In this document: positions 50,740 through 64,000 of the stretch, piece after piece
Layout: each line of letters begins with the position of its first letter
How positions within the stretch are numbered: the stretch's first letter is position 1
Assembly: GCF_030684315.1 (NCBI RefSeq)
Contig: NC_081369.1
Coordinates: forward strand, 2,966,689-3,030,688
Length of the DNA: 64,000 nucleotides
From: Stegostoma tigrinum
Lineage: Eukaryota
Direction: 5' to 3'
The notes under the pieces: model-generated
Seen by the model: the letters and a program-made list of their open reading frames with translations, nothing else
Databases searched by the model: none
What the model was told of the DNA's origin: nothing
Made by a program: the position numbers and the translations under genes

Positions 50740-51335
50740 CAGAGATGGCAAGAACTGCAGATACTGGAGTTTGAGACAACAAGGTATGGAGCTGGAGGAC
50801 CACAGTGGATCAGGCAGCATCAGAGGAGCAGGAAATTTCATGGTTCAGATCAGGACCCTTCTTCAGAAATGGGGAGGGGGAAGGGAGCTTAGGAATAATT
50901 AGAGAGGAGGGTTGGTGCTGGGGAAGGTAGTAGGAAGGTGGTCGGTGAGTGCAGGTAGGGAGTGGTGGGGATTTGTTAGTGGGATATGTGGGGCAGATAG
51001 GTGGGAGAGTAGATGGACGAGTTGAGTCAGGTTAAGGAGGTGGGGATGACAGTGAGGGTTGGACATGGAATGAGGGCAGGGGTTGGGGAGATGTTAAAAT
51101 TGATTAATTCAATGTTAAGGCCATTGGACTTGAAGGATCCCAAGGCAGAACAGGAGATGTTGTTCCTCCAGTTTGCGGGTGGTGTCATTGTGGCAATGGC
51201 CTCCTGAGACCAAGCATAGACTCACAGATTGTTTTGTAGAGCATCTGCACTCTGTATGTGACAAATGACAACAACTTCCAGTCACCAAACATTTCAACAC
51301 CCTCTCCCTCAGTGACATGTCTAACCTCCAGGGTC
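50740..51335 (-). mobile_element. Degraded Penelope-like family 2 3' fragment
   Basis: Colinear with 36804-37480 (tail, hammerhead-like core, purine-rich UTR, GIY-YIG remnant). Confidence 0.7.
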
Positions 51336-54249
51336 ACAGATTCAGCATGTACATGACATTTTCTAATGGCAAAAATAGCAGGTTGGTTCCCCACTGCTAA
51401 CCATGTCTTCTGGAAACACTTGTACCTTTCTTAAGCGAAATAGAGGTTGCTGGGAGAGCTCAGCATCTATGGAGAGAAACTAAAGTTAATGTTTTGGGTG
51501 CAATGACCCTTTTGCAGTAGTGATTCCAGAATCTGCAATTCTTTGTTTTATTTTTGTTTTCTTTACCTTTCCAGCTTTTTCAACAACAGCAAAGATTTTA
51601 TTTTTGTTATGAAACTCACCTTTCTCTTCAGTGCCTCCAAATAATTCTCAATTGAGGCCTGTTTTAATATGTTGATGAATCAATATGTAGTCAGCTGAGG
51701 GACAGGTTTTTTTATTATTCAATCAATGACACTTTCCTAAGTTTTTCAATTTCCTCTTCAGACTTCATCACACTATACCATCTGTCAATGCTGATTTCTT
51801 TCAACCCAGTAAATTTTACACAAACTAGTCCTTACTTCAGGTTGAAATATCTTTGTTTCTGTCCAAAGTATGAAGATACTAGGGTTTTGTCCTTTATTAT
51901 GAAAAATGTTGAGTCAGAGCTGCAGATGGTTTGCTCAAAACCAATGCTTGTGAAGCCTTGTGATTTTCTTTTAAGTTTGAATAACGGAAGCAGCCGGGGT
52001 GGTTGGATTCAAGCTCCGACAAAACATTGCTTTCTGCAGTTTCTAGGGTCTTGAAGACATCTATGGAAGTGTGTACTCCTCTCTCTGTTTATGCTAAAAG
52101 CTGGAGTTCCCTTCCTGCTGCTGAATTCGCAAATAAGAAAAAGTTGGGATCTAGGTTGTCTTCTAAATATATTTTGGAGGGGTTTTGTTATGTTCCAAAG
52201 CTATAGGCCATTAGAACCAACTCAAACATTGAGAGCAACAGCCTACCCTTAAAGTAGAAATGTGGGTGCTCCTCTGAAAGTGATGATTTTACTTCTGAAA
52301 ACATTCTGCAGCAGCATAGTCCAAGATAATTGAGACCACCTCAGATTCATGGAACTTCTCTCTGATCACATACGTTACATTTCCACATCTTCCTGTTTAT
52401 ATGTAGGCATCAAGTGAATATTTCTTGTCAACTAAAAATAAGAGGCACTTATTTTAGTGGATCATCCTTCCCTTTCACCATCAACACATTCCCATGTAAT
52501 TCTTTATCTTTTCCTTGTCTATCCAAATTAATTTCCTTTATTTTGAACTATTTCATTTCTCTTGTGAATCTGCTTTTGTCCAGCTGAAGTCTGACCGGTT
52601 CAGCTTCCGCACTCTTGAGAAACTCTTTCCCTTCCTCAAAATCCAAGAGACAAGTGAATTATTCGCAAATCCCATTTTCTTGTAGCTCCTGATTTGAAGT
52701 GGAGCTCCCAGTGCTCTGATATTGCCTTCAACCTATTGCCTGCTAATTGTTTCAAGGCACTGAGAGTCAAATCTTCACTCCCCACAAATTTCTGAGCAAC
52801 AAGATCTAGCTGCATCATGGCGTGGTTTGGTATTTGCTTTCTCCAAGGCCGCAAGAAACTAAAGAGAGCCAAGTCCTTCATGCAAACAAGACTTCCATCT
52901 ATTGACTCCATCTATACTTCAGGAAAGCAACCAACATAATCAATCAAAGACCTCTCACCTTGGCTGTACTCTCTTCCACTGTCTTCCATCAGGCAGAAGA
53001 TATAGAAATTTGTGTACACATACAAATAGATTCAAGTACAGCTTCTTTCCTGCTGTTAATTGACTTCTAAATTGACCTTTCAATTTTTAAATTTAATATT
53101 GATCTCGCTCTTGGTGCAGGACTTGCCTTGATTCCCAAATGATTATCACAAATTTGCAATACTTTTTAAATTCTGGGAAGTTCAGCGACATTTCACAGTG
53201 TAATTTGTTTCAGACCTTGAGTGATCTTCAATTTTGTTACAACAGAATCAAAAGCAGATGCTGGAAATCTGAAACAAACACAGGGAAACACTGGAGAAAC
53301 TCAGCAGGTCTGGCAGAATCCATGAAGAGAGAAACAAAGTTAACATTGAAAATTTGGTGTGACTTCTTTAAAGAGAAGACAGTTGAGGTGTGAGGTATGC
53401 TCCTGCAAAGAAAAGTACAGTAAACAAATCCAGAGATCCACAGAACATGAAAAAGTCTTGAATGTAAGTTGGAGCAATTCCAGAGATCCCATTTTTAACA
53501 TTGTTAAAAAAAGTCTTCCTATAATACCTCCTCTGATTCATAATACTCAGCCAATTATAGAAGAAAACATAAAAATGTTAATTCCTCACTTTCTTCCTGC
53601 TTCTTTTGACCAGAATATTAACATGTTTCTCTGAGTACTTGCATGGTAATCATGGTATTATATTGACTATTGTTGCTGAACTTATCACAATCATACATAC
53701 CTCCATTAATTCTCCCTCAAAAGCCCTTTCTTATGGAAGCCAGTCCCAGCTCCTGGTCATCTCTTTACTGAAAAACCCTCATCCCATTCACCATTCTTGT
53801 AAATCTCACATGTATCCTCTCAGGGATATTCCTTTCCTAAAGTGTGGTGACCATTGATTTTTCTAATTTACTTAGAGAATATAGCCTTCCCTGGTTGGGC
53901 AAACATTATTGCTCAACCCTGAATGCCCTTCAGAATGTGGAGGTGACCTGCCTTTGTAAACTTCTTTATTCCATTTGGGGCAGGTACACCCATTCAATGC
54001 TGTTAAAGAAGGAGATCCAGAATTGGAAAAGTAATTTTGTGGGAATGACAATATTCTACCAAGTCTGATTGGCTTGCAGGTAGAGCTTGTGGGTAGCAAT
54101 GTTCCCTTGTATCTGCTGTGCTTCTCCTGATCAGTAGCGGTTGCGAGTATGGAGGTGACGATGCTAATACAGTTCACCTTCAACTTCTGAAGGACACTGG
54201 TGATTGGACAAGCAAAGACCACATCACCTGAATGTGTAAAAAAAGTTAC

Positions 54250-57200
54250 TACCAGAATGGGACGGTGATTGCCTAGTGGCATTATCATTGGACTGTTAAT
54301 CCAGAGACCAAGCTAATGTTCTGCCCATGGCAGGTGGTGGAATTTAAATTCAATTTTAAAACATCTGGAATTAAGAATTTACTAATGATCATAAAACCAT
54401 TGCTGACGACCAGAAAAATCCACCTCGTTTGCTAATGTCCTTCAGGGAAGGAAATCTGCCACCCTCCCCAGTCTGGCCTACATGTAATTCCAGACCCAAA
54501 GCAATGTGGTTGACTCTCAGTTGCCCCCTGAAATGGTCTAGCAAGCCATTTTGTTGTACAAATCACTACAAAATCTCAAAGAAATTAAACCAGTTGGATC
54601 ACTTGCCATCGACCTGGGCACCTGAAGAGACCATGGCAAAAATATCCTCCTCACTAACAACTGGGTGATAGTGCCAAAATTAGGACAGCTGTCTAACAAA
54701 CTAGTTAAGTAACAGCCTGACATTGTCAAACTTATGGAATCACATCTGACAGATAATGCCTAACATACCACTATCATCATCCCTGGATATACCCTCTCCC
54801 ACCGTCAGGACAGACCCAGCAGGGATGGTGGCACAGCACTATACAGTCGGGACAGGGTTGCAATCTGAGTCCTCAACACTCACTCTGGACCCAATGAAGT
54901 CTCATGGTTTCAGTTTAGACATGGGTAAGGAAATCTCCCACCGCCTATCACATACCATCCTCCCTTGGCTGATGAATCAGTAATCCTCAATGTTGAACAA
55001 CACTTAGAGGAAGCCCTGAGGATGGCAAGGGCACAAAATGTACTCTGGGTGGGGGATTTCAATGTCCACCACCAGGAGTGGCTCGGCAGCAGTACTACTG
55101 ATCAAGCTGGTTGGTTCCTAAAGGACATAGCTGTTAAACTGCGTCTGCAGCAGGTGGCAAGGGAACCAACAAGAGGAAAAAACATACTTGACCTCATCCT
55201 TACTAATCTGCTAGCTGCAACTGCATCTGTCCATGACAGTATCGGTAAGAGTGACCATCGCACAGCCCTGTGGAGAAGAAGTTCTCCCTTCACAGTGAGC
55301 ATAACTGCTATCATGTTGTGTGGCATCATCATCATGCTAAACATGACCGACTTTGAACAGATTTAGCAACTCAGGACAGGGTATCCATGAGGCACTGTGG
55401 GCCAATATCAGCAGAATTGTACTTCAGCACAATCTGGAATCCCATGGCCCAGCATATCTCCCATTCTACCATTAACATTAAGCCAAGAGATCTACCCTCG
55501 TTCGATGGAGAGTGCAGGAGGGTATGCCAGGAGCAGCACCACGCATACATGGAGATGAGGTGTCAACTTGGTGAAGCCACCAAGCAGGACTACTTACATG
55601 CCAAACAGTGAAAGCAGCAAGTGATAATCAGAGCTAAATGATCCCACAACCAACAGATCAGATCTAAGCTCTGCAGTCCTGCCACATCCACTCGTGAATG
55701 GTGGTGGACAATTAAATAGCTCACTGGAGGAGGAGGTTCCACAAACATCTTCATCCTGAAAGATGGAAGAGCCAATTACATCAGTGCAAGAGATAAAGCT
55801 GAAACATTCACAGCAATCTTCAGCCAGAGGTGCCAAGCGGATACTGCATCTTGGCTTCCTGGTGTGGTTCCCAGCATCACAGATACCAGTCTTCAACCAA
55901 TTCAGTTTACTCCACGTGATATCAAGGAACAGTTGGAGATACTGGGATACTGCAAAGGCTACAGGCCCTGACAACATTAGGGCAAAAGTATTGAAGGCTT
56001 GTGCTCCAGAATTTTCTACTCCCTTAGCCAAGCTCTTACAACACTGGCATCTATCCGACAATTGTTCAGGTGCATCCTGTACAAGAAAAGGTACAAATCC
56101 AAACCAAGCAATTACCAGTCTTGTCATCCCATCTTGATCTTCACTCTATTCATGGAAGGTGTCATCAACAGTGCTATCAAGAAAACACCTGCTCAGCAAT
56201 AACCTGCTCAGTGATGCCCAGCTTGGGTTCTGCCAGGGCCACTCAGCTCCTGACCTCATTACAGCCTTGGTTCAAACATGGACAATAGGAGCTGAATTTC
56301 AGAGGTGAGTTGAGTGTGACAGTCCTTGGACATCAAAGCTGCATTCAACCAAGCATGTCATCAAGGAGCTCTAGCACAACTGGAATCAGTGGGTATCACT
56401 GGGCAAACTCTCCACTGGTTACAGTCATGCCTGGCACATAGGAAGATGGTAATGGCTATTGGAGGTCAGTCATCCCAGCACAAGGACATCTCTGCAAGTA
56501 TTCCTAAGGGTCATTGCCTCAGCAATGACCTTCCTTCCGTCATAAGGTCAGAAGTGTGAATGTATGGCTATGATTGCATAATGTTCAGCACCATTCACAA
56601 TTCCTCAGATACCTGAAGCAGCCCGTACTCAAATATAACAAGATCTGGACAATATGCAGGCTTGGGCTGATAAATGATAAATTCATTCACATCACACAAA
56701 TGCCAGGCTATGACCATCATCAATTAGAGACAATCTAATCATGGTCCCTTGGCGTTCAATTATGTTACCATCACTGAGCCCCCACTACCAATATCCTGGG
56801 AGTTATCGTTGATCAGAAACTCAACTGGACACTAATAAACGCAATGGCTATAAACAGCAGGTCAGAGGCTAAGAATACTGTGGTGAGTAACTTATCTCTT
56901 AACCCCCCAAAGCCTGTCCACACCAACAAGACAACTCTGGAGTGTGATGGAATACTCCCCACTTGCCAGGATGGGTGCATCTCCAATAACAGTCAAGAAG
57001 ATTAACAGCATCTAGGACAATGTAGCCTGCTTAATTGGCACCACATCCACAAACATGCACTCCTTCCAAAACGGACGCTCAGTAGCAGCAGTGTGGACTA
57101 TCTACAAGATGCACTGCAGAAATTCCCCACAGACCCAAAGAGAGCATCTTCCAGCCCATGACCACTTCCATGTAGAAGGACAAGGGCAGCAGATATATGG

Positions 57201-57440
57201 GAACACCACCACTGTCAAGTTTTCCTCAAGCTAACCACCATCCTGACTTGGAAATATATCAGTGTTCCTTCACTGTCGCTGGGTAAAATCCTGGAATTCT
57301 CTTCCTAAGGGCATTTGTAAGTCAACCCACAGCAGATGGACTGCAGCCCAAGCTCAAGAAGGCAGCTTACCACCACTTTCTCAAGGGCAATTAGGAATGC
57401 GCAATAAATGCTGGCCAGCCAGCAATGCCCACATCCCAAA
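54250..57440 (+). mobile_element. Near full-length degraded CR1/L2-group LINE (APE endonuclease and RT)
   Basis: LWVGDFNVHHQEW..LDLILTN..SDH (APE); KATGPDNI..LKACAPE; DIKAAFN (RT); many stops. Fragments of the same family lie at ~9470-10540, 20620-22640, 33800-34650, 35750-39130 and 63280-63790. Confidence 0.88.
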
Positions 57441-57749
57441 AATGATTCTTTTTAGTTACTGCTATCAGGCTTACAGATTTACAGCACTGACATTTTTTCA
57501 CTCTCTCCTTTCTTAAATGATGGGGTTACATCTACAACTTTGCAACCTGCCAGCACCATTGCAGAATCTATAGAATTGTGCAAGTCATCACTGCAACTCT
57601 TTTCTCCTCCATCACCCTGGGATTTTGATTATTCTATCTTAGGGATATATAGACTTTCATTTCAATGAATTTGTCCAGTTCTGCTTTTCATTTACTGAGA
57701 TCAATTTCTTCCAGTTGCTTACTCCACTTGTCCCTTGGGGGCTCCGTTA

Positions 57750-58392
57750 GCAGTTAAGAAGGAAAATGTAATATTAACATTCATTTCAAGTGAGCCAGTA
57801 TGCAAGAGCACAGGTGCACTGCTGAGGCTATAAAAGGCTCTGGCCAGACTGCATGTTGAATATTGAGAGCAGTTTTGGTCCCTGTAATGAAGGAAGGATG
57901 TTCTGGCATTGGAGGGCATCCAGAAGTGGTTTACAAGAATGATCCAGTGATGCAGGGCCTATCATATAAGGAGCAATTGAGGACTCTGGGTGTGTACTCA
58001 ATGGACTTTAGAATGATGTATGGGTTTCTGATTGGAATTTACAGAATACTGTGAGTAGATACAGAGAATAAGTGTCAATGACTAGAAGTGACTAGGTCCC
58101 ATGGGCACAGATTCAGAATGAAAGGATGACTCTTTAGACATGAGTTGAGGTGGAATCTCTTCAGCCAGAGAGTGGTTATTCCATGGAACTCATTGCCACA
58201 GAAAGCCATGCAGACTAAGTCATTGACTGCATTTAAGACAGAGATAAATAGTATCTTAATCAGAAATGTGATCAAGAGTTCATATGGGGAAGTAGGAGAA
58301 TGGAGTTGAAAAACATATCAGACATAATTGAATGGCAGAGCAGCCTCATTGGGCCAAATTGCCTCATTCTGCTCCCATGTCTTATGGTCTTA
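57750..58392 (+). mobile_element. CR1 LINE 3' fragment
   Basis: LRLYKALARLHVEY..GLSYKEQLRTLG..FSQRVVIPWNSLP-like frames; tcttatggtctta tail. Confidence 0.8.
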
Positions 58393-58729
58393 ACAGTCTC
58401 CAATATATGAGTTTTTTTTTTATATCCAGTTCTACAAAGCAGATATAAATCAATTATTTATCTTCACTGCAATTTCTCTACTTTCCCTTATAAATTCCTC
58501 ACATCTGACTATGAAGAACCACTTTTGTCCTTCCTACCTCTATACTCATGGGAAGTGTTTTTACAGTACATTTGTACTGCTTCTTAGTCTACATCTATAT
58601 TCTGTTCCTTTCTCAGTTATTTCATCCTGCTTTGCTGAGTTCAAAAATATTTCCAATTCTCAGGTTTACTATTGCTTTGGTAACTTCATAATCTTCTTTC
58701 TTTGATCTGATAAAGTCTTTAACTTTCTT

Positions 58730-60340
58730 TGCTAGCCACTGTTCACTCACTCTCCCTGTCAGGCTTGCATGTCTTGAAGAAATATGCTTTTGTTGTGTGC
58801 ATTTCTTTAAATATTAGTCACTGCTTACTAACCATCATACTGTTTAATGCATTTCCTCAACCTACCAAAGTCAACTTACCCCTCACTCCTTCATGTTTTC
58901 CTCGTTTACATTAAGAAATTAGTTTTTAGAACTGCTTTTAAAAATAAATAGAAAGCTGTATCATATTATGGTTTCTCTTCTCTACACCCTTTTTTACAAG
59001 ATTTCTAATTAGCCACTTGCTAGATGCAGAATGGCTTACTCCCTTATTGGTTTCTCACATACTACTCTATGAAGCCATCCTGTACATATTCCAGGAATTG
59101 GTCATCCACAACATTGATGATCATCTGATCTGGACTGTCTATATGAATATTGCAGTCAACAACAAGTACTGCCTTGCCTTAATACATGCAGTACTAATTT
59201 CCGTATTTCTACCATGTGCTACATTACCACCATTGTTTGGTGGCCCATCAAACTCCACCAAGGTTTGCAGCCCATTATTTCTTAGATCCTCTCAAACAGA
59301 TTTTTAAAAAATTGCAATATCTAAGTTCCTCCCTCACTAATATCTTGATCTCATTCATTGCTATCAGTACCACCCACCCCTTTTTCTGTCATATTGTCCT
59401 TCTTAACTGTTAAATATCCCTGAATGGTTAGGTTCCAGTCTTGGTCATCCTGCAGCCACATCTCCACAGTGACAACCAGATCATAGCCATTTACATCTAT
59501 TTGTGCCATCACTGCACCCACCTTGGTAACAATGTGGTGTGCATTCACAAAAAAGCCTTCAATTGCACATTCCTCACATTATTTTGTACTGTGACTCTAA
59601 ATAATATTTACATTTCAGCTACCTTCCACTTTCATTTACTCCTTTTCTACTTTACATTATGAGCTTGGTTTTCTTTTCTTTAACTTCCTCTCAAGTTCCT
59701 ATCTCTGAGAAGATAGTTTAAACCAACACCAATGTGAGCAAGTCTCCCTGGTAGAATATTAGACCCAGTCCTGCTAAGGTTTAACCCACCCACATTTTAT
59801 TGGTCCCAGTTGACCCAGGAATCTAATCCCTACTCTCAGGAGCCATTTTTTGTCCACATGTTCATATACTCATTTGTCTAATTTCTATAACCACTAACAT
59901 ATGGTATCAGGCATGATCCTGAGATTACAGCTACAGAAGCTTTGTTTTCCCATTAACTTCCCACTTTTTCATTCTGCTTTCATGTTCTCACCCTTATTTC
60001 TGCCTCTCACTGGTATGATTGTGGACTATAACCTCAAAAAGAATTTCTTGAAGCTGTTTGGTAACATCCTTCACCCTGGCTCCAAGAGGATAACATAATA
60101 TCCTGGAGTTAAAGGCCACAGAAAGGCCTATCCATTCCTGTAACTAATAGATCACCTACTGCTAATGCCTTTGACACTCTTCCTCTTCCATTAGCCCATC
60201 CACCCACCCCTGTCTGTGCAGTTAAGCCCCTTTGGGGAGACATGAACTTAGCCGTTGCAGTATTTGTTTGTGAAATGATTGTCCTGGAACCATCATTCTT
60301 ACTAGTGTCCAAATTGGGAAGGCAGTTAGTAAGCAAGATA
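58730..60340 (-). mobile_element. Degraded CR1 5' portion (ORF1 esterase-like and ORF2 endonuclease remnants)
   Basis: ALAVGDLLVTGMDRPFCG (ORF 60109..60336) and YDLVVTVEMWLQDDQDWNLTIQGY (ORF 59351..59548). Confidence 0.65.
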
Positions 60341-61971
60341 AACTCAGAACTTCTACAATGCTGGACAGCTAGTCAAACCATTTGGAAGTCACCCACCCTC
60401 TAGGATCAGCATGAAACCAGCGAAGCTGCTGAAACATGCCCACAACAGCACCACAACAGAGCTCATAGGAGCTAATGCACTGGAGGGGATGTCCTTAACA
60501 ATTGAAGCCAGAGGCAATCATTTAGCTACCAGAGATACCCCAGTGACTTCAACAAAGCAGTACAGTACTTTCCCGCTGCCAGTATCTAGCAAACTCTTTG
60601 GCATTGTATCCTGCAACAGACTGAAAGTCAGGCCAAATGCAGGTCGTTCATAGGATCCCCAAAGCAAATAAGCAGGCCATTCAGTCCATCAAGTTCACAC
60701 CAACCCTCCTAAGAGCATCCCACCCAGATCCACCCCTCTACCCTATCCCTGTGACCCTGCATTTCCTGTGACTAATCCACCTAACCAATGCATCCCTGGA
60801 CGCTATGGGCAAGTTAGCACGGTGACCTATCTAATCTGCAGAGCTTTGGGCACGACTGCTGACTAGCAAAACAAGCTACAAACATATATTTGACCACTGC
60901 AGCATCACCGTCTGCAGTCCGAGATCATTCACCAACGTCCTTATTCTCTCCCCTCCTGTCAATTCCCATTTTATTCTATAATTTATTCAGCCTTCCCAAA
61001 TACTGGCTTCCCCCATCCAGGAAACTGGTCTTGGAAAGGTTCTCATCCCAGAACTCAGACTCCCGATTCGTCCTGTTCCTCATTTTGAAATCGACTTGTG
61101 CAGAGGTTTTCTGCAACAGCCATGACTTAGACCCAGGCCCTTTGAGTCCAGAGGTAGGGACACCACAACATTCTCAGGCCCGCTCCTCATTTATAGGGAT
61201 CTGGTGGGACAGTGATACCGTTCCCCTGTTTGGAGCAGAAGATCTATTGTTAAGGTGACTCCCATTGTTGAGCAGGCTGAATAAAAATATTTATACAGGG
61301 AACTTATTTACTAGAACTGGTCTCTGTAGACCTTATGATCTAATTCCTACCTTGAATGATCCTCACTATAGTTCTAGCACTGTCTTTGAACTGTGTTCCC
61401 CGTTTTCCTGGTGCATCATTAACAGATCTGTCAAACCGTTCAGTATAATGTCTTAAAGGCAGTAATACTGGGAGTCATGGCAATTCTGCCCTAGGAGTAG
61501 GGCCTCGGGAGGGTCGATATCAGTGCAACTAACCTACCAGACATCAATATTATGGTAAAATAGCGCAACCGTCCCCAAATGGGGATGTTCCGAGTGTACC
61601 CACAACCAGTTGAGTTCCTGCGCCACGTAACATGTTATTAAACTTTGTGTCATTTCATTGCATTGATTAAATCCGTCATTCTACTCTTTCGGGTAGCCAG
61701 GGTTTAACAGGTTAAGTATTCAGCCCAATGTAAGCTAATTTGTCATTTTCAATCTCTCGACTGAAAAACGCTCGATTTCAATTTCAATCGGACAGAACTT
61801 AAACACTGCGGGTTTCTACAATGGAAGGATGATCCGCAGCATCAGTTCATACCTGGACGGTAAGATGAGACTCTATCCTCATTAATATTCAATGTCAATA
61901 GCAACTACACTGGACTGGTGCAGCCGATTCAGGCAGCAAACGACAGGAGAACAAGGTAGAATTACATTATG

Positions 61972-62162
61972 ATCAGAGATAATGGAAACTGCAGATGCTG
62001 GAGAATCCAAGATAACAAATTGTGAAGCTGGATGAACACAGCAGGCCAAGCAGCAACTCTGGAGTCTCTCTGATGAAGAGTCTAGGCCCGAAACGTCAGC
62101 TTTTGTGCTCCTGAGATGCTGCTTGGCCTGCTGTGTTCATCCAGCTCCACACTTTATTATCC
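61972..62162. mobile_element. Palindromic mini-PLE with a central hammerhead core
   Basis: Inverted arms; CTGATGA-agagtctaggccc-GAAAC-GTC at 62070-62097; one-sided tail; TSD AGAATTACA(T/C)TATG (61958-61971 / 62163-62176). Confidence 0.78.
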
Positions 62163-62956
62163 AGAATTACACTATGTCTGGTCTCTGCTACCGCCTAGTG
62201 GCTAAAGGGATGCGGAACACAATCTCTGCGCCCCGTGCGTCCACTGCCACAAGACAAAATAGAGCAGAGGTGCCTGAATACAGCGCCAAATGAAATAAAC
62301 AGAAAGCCTCCGGACACTCGCTTTACTCCGTTCTCCAATAACAAAACATCGACTATGACAAACAATGCTTCGGTAATTGGAAATGTAAATAATTTTGAGT
62401 TGATTAGGAGTTTGCTTTTCTTCCCCCACATCATGTTATGAATCCAGGCGAAACTATGTTCTGATCTGATTAGGGATCAGTAATAGTTTTTGCTTAAAGT
62501 AGATAACCTTGATATTACAGATTCATTAAGAGAATAAATTCAGAGTTTCCAAGATTTTCAACAAACAATAAACTTCATTAGTTGGACTAGTAAAATAATC
62601 CAGTGTTTACATAACTTTTACTCAAATACAGAATTAGGATGTGTTAAATCGTGTAACAGGCAAACTGTGGTCTAACACTAAAAACCAAAAGAACTGTGGA
62701 TACTGGGAATCAGAAACAAACAAATTGCTCGAAGTGAGCAGGAAGTCTGGGAACATCTGTGGAGAGAATTCAGAGTTAGGTTTCAGGTCAGATTCTGAGG
62801 AAGGGTCAATTGATACAAAATGTTACCTCCCAGCTTGGGCTGAAAAGAGACAAATAACATCTGTGCCGCACAATGACTATCTCCAATTACAGAGAATCTA
62901 ACTACCACACTTCGATATTCAGTAGAGCTACCATCATTGAATCTCCCACTAATAAG

Positions 62957-63265
62957 TGGGAGGCACGCCAGCTCAGTGGTTAGCACTGCAGCCTCACAGA
63001 GCCAGGGACCCGGGTTCAATTCCAGCCTCGGGTAACTGTGTGTTTGCACATTCTCCCCGCGTCTGCGTGTGTTTCCTCCGGGTGCTCCGGTTTCCTCCCA
63101 CACAGTCCAAAGATGTGCACACTAGGTGGATTGGCCATGCTAAATTGCCCAAAGTGTTCAGGGGTGTGTGGGTTATAGGGGGATTGATCTGGATGGAGGT
63201 TCCAAGGGGAGGCGTGGACTTGTTGGGCCGAAGGGCCTGTTTCCACACTGTAGGGAATCTAATAT
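62957..63265 (+). mobile_element. HE1-like V-SINE
   Basis: Same head, core and tail as 11478-11790. Partial copies lie at ~19460-19717, 28150-28432, 29925-30140 and 60650-60852. Confidence 0.88.
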
Positions 63266-64000
63266 AATCACGCCCTCTGGGTCAGCATTGAGCAGAAACT
63301 CGACTGGAATAGTCATATTGATACAATGCCTACAACAGCAGATGACAGGCTGGGAATACTGCAGTAAGTAACTCACTCCTGGCATTCCAAAGTCTGCCCA
63401 ACATCAATAAGTGTGATGGAATACTCACTTGCCAGGATGGGTGCAGCTCCTCAAAAATCTTGACATCATCCAGAACAAAACAGCACACTTGACTGGCACT
63501 ACATACACAATTCTCTGTTCCGTCCACCACTGATGTTCAGTTGCAGCAGTGTGAACTATCTGCAATATGTACCACAGAAATTCACCAAAGCTTCTTGAGA
63601 CAGTGCCTTGTAAATCCAATACAATTTCAACCCAGAAAAACCAAGTTCTTCTCCAAGCATATCTACGTTGACTTGGAAATATGTTCTCATCCCTGCATTG
63701 TCACTGGATTAAAATCCTAGAATCCCTTCCTAAGAGCATTGCAGGTCCATTTACAGAACATGGACTGCAATCATTCAAGAAGTTCACTTCCACCTAAGAG
63801 TATAATGGGATTGTGATCAACTGGGTCATTGAGCAAAGGAATGGCAAATGGAGTTTAATTTAGATAAATGTGAGGTTATGCATTTTGGAAGGACAAACCA
63901 TGTCTTGTCTGGGGAATGTTGTCGAGATACATTGGGTGCAGGTTATTAGTTTCTTGGAAGCAGCATCAGAAGTAGAGAGGGTGGTGAAGAAGGCATTTTG

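Overview
Repeat-rich vertebrate genomic DNA, almost certainly elasmobranch (shark/ray), judged from HE1-type V-SINEs and CR1 LINEs. The host content is a tandem cluster of + strand Ig-superfamily receptor genes with SIRP-like architecture: germline-joined VJ-type V exon, C1 exon, TM exon, then ITIM-bearing cytoplasmic exons. One copy (A, 11880-16173) looks intact from C1 to stop; its V exon is not in the window. Three disabled partial paralogues follow: B (TM plus tail), C (V plus C1) and D (V only). Around them are: (1) a decayed env-containing gamma/epsilon-like provirus (~1385-9469, - strand) whose CA-PR-RT core is replaced by foreign DNA containing an inverted RT fragment of a different lineage; (2) a second deleted LTR element (47700-~50737) with a tRNA-Arg PBS and the same unusual foamy-like 'DIxNGF(W)S' RT; (3) Penelope-like elements with minimal hammerhead ribozymes, plus many short, often palindromic, hammerhead-bearing derivatives; (4) numerous CR1/L2, Rex and L1-Tx1 fragments. 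All calls come from reading the sequence by eye; repeat boundaries are approximate unless a TSD or terminal motif is cited.
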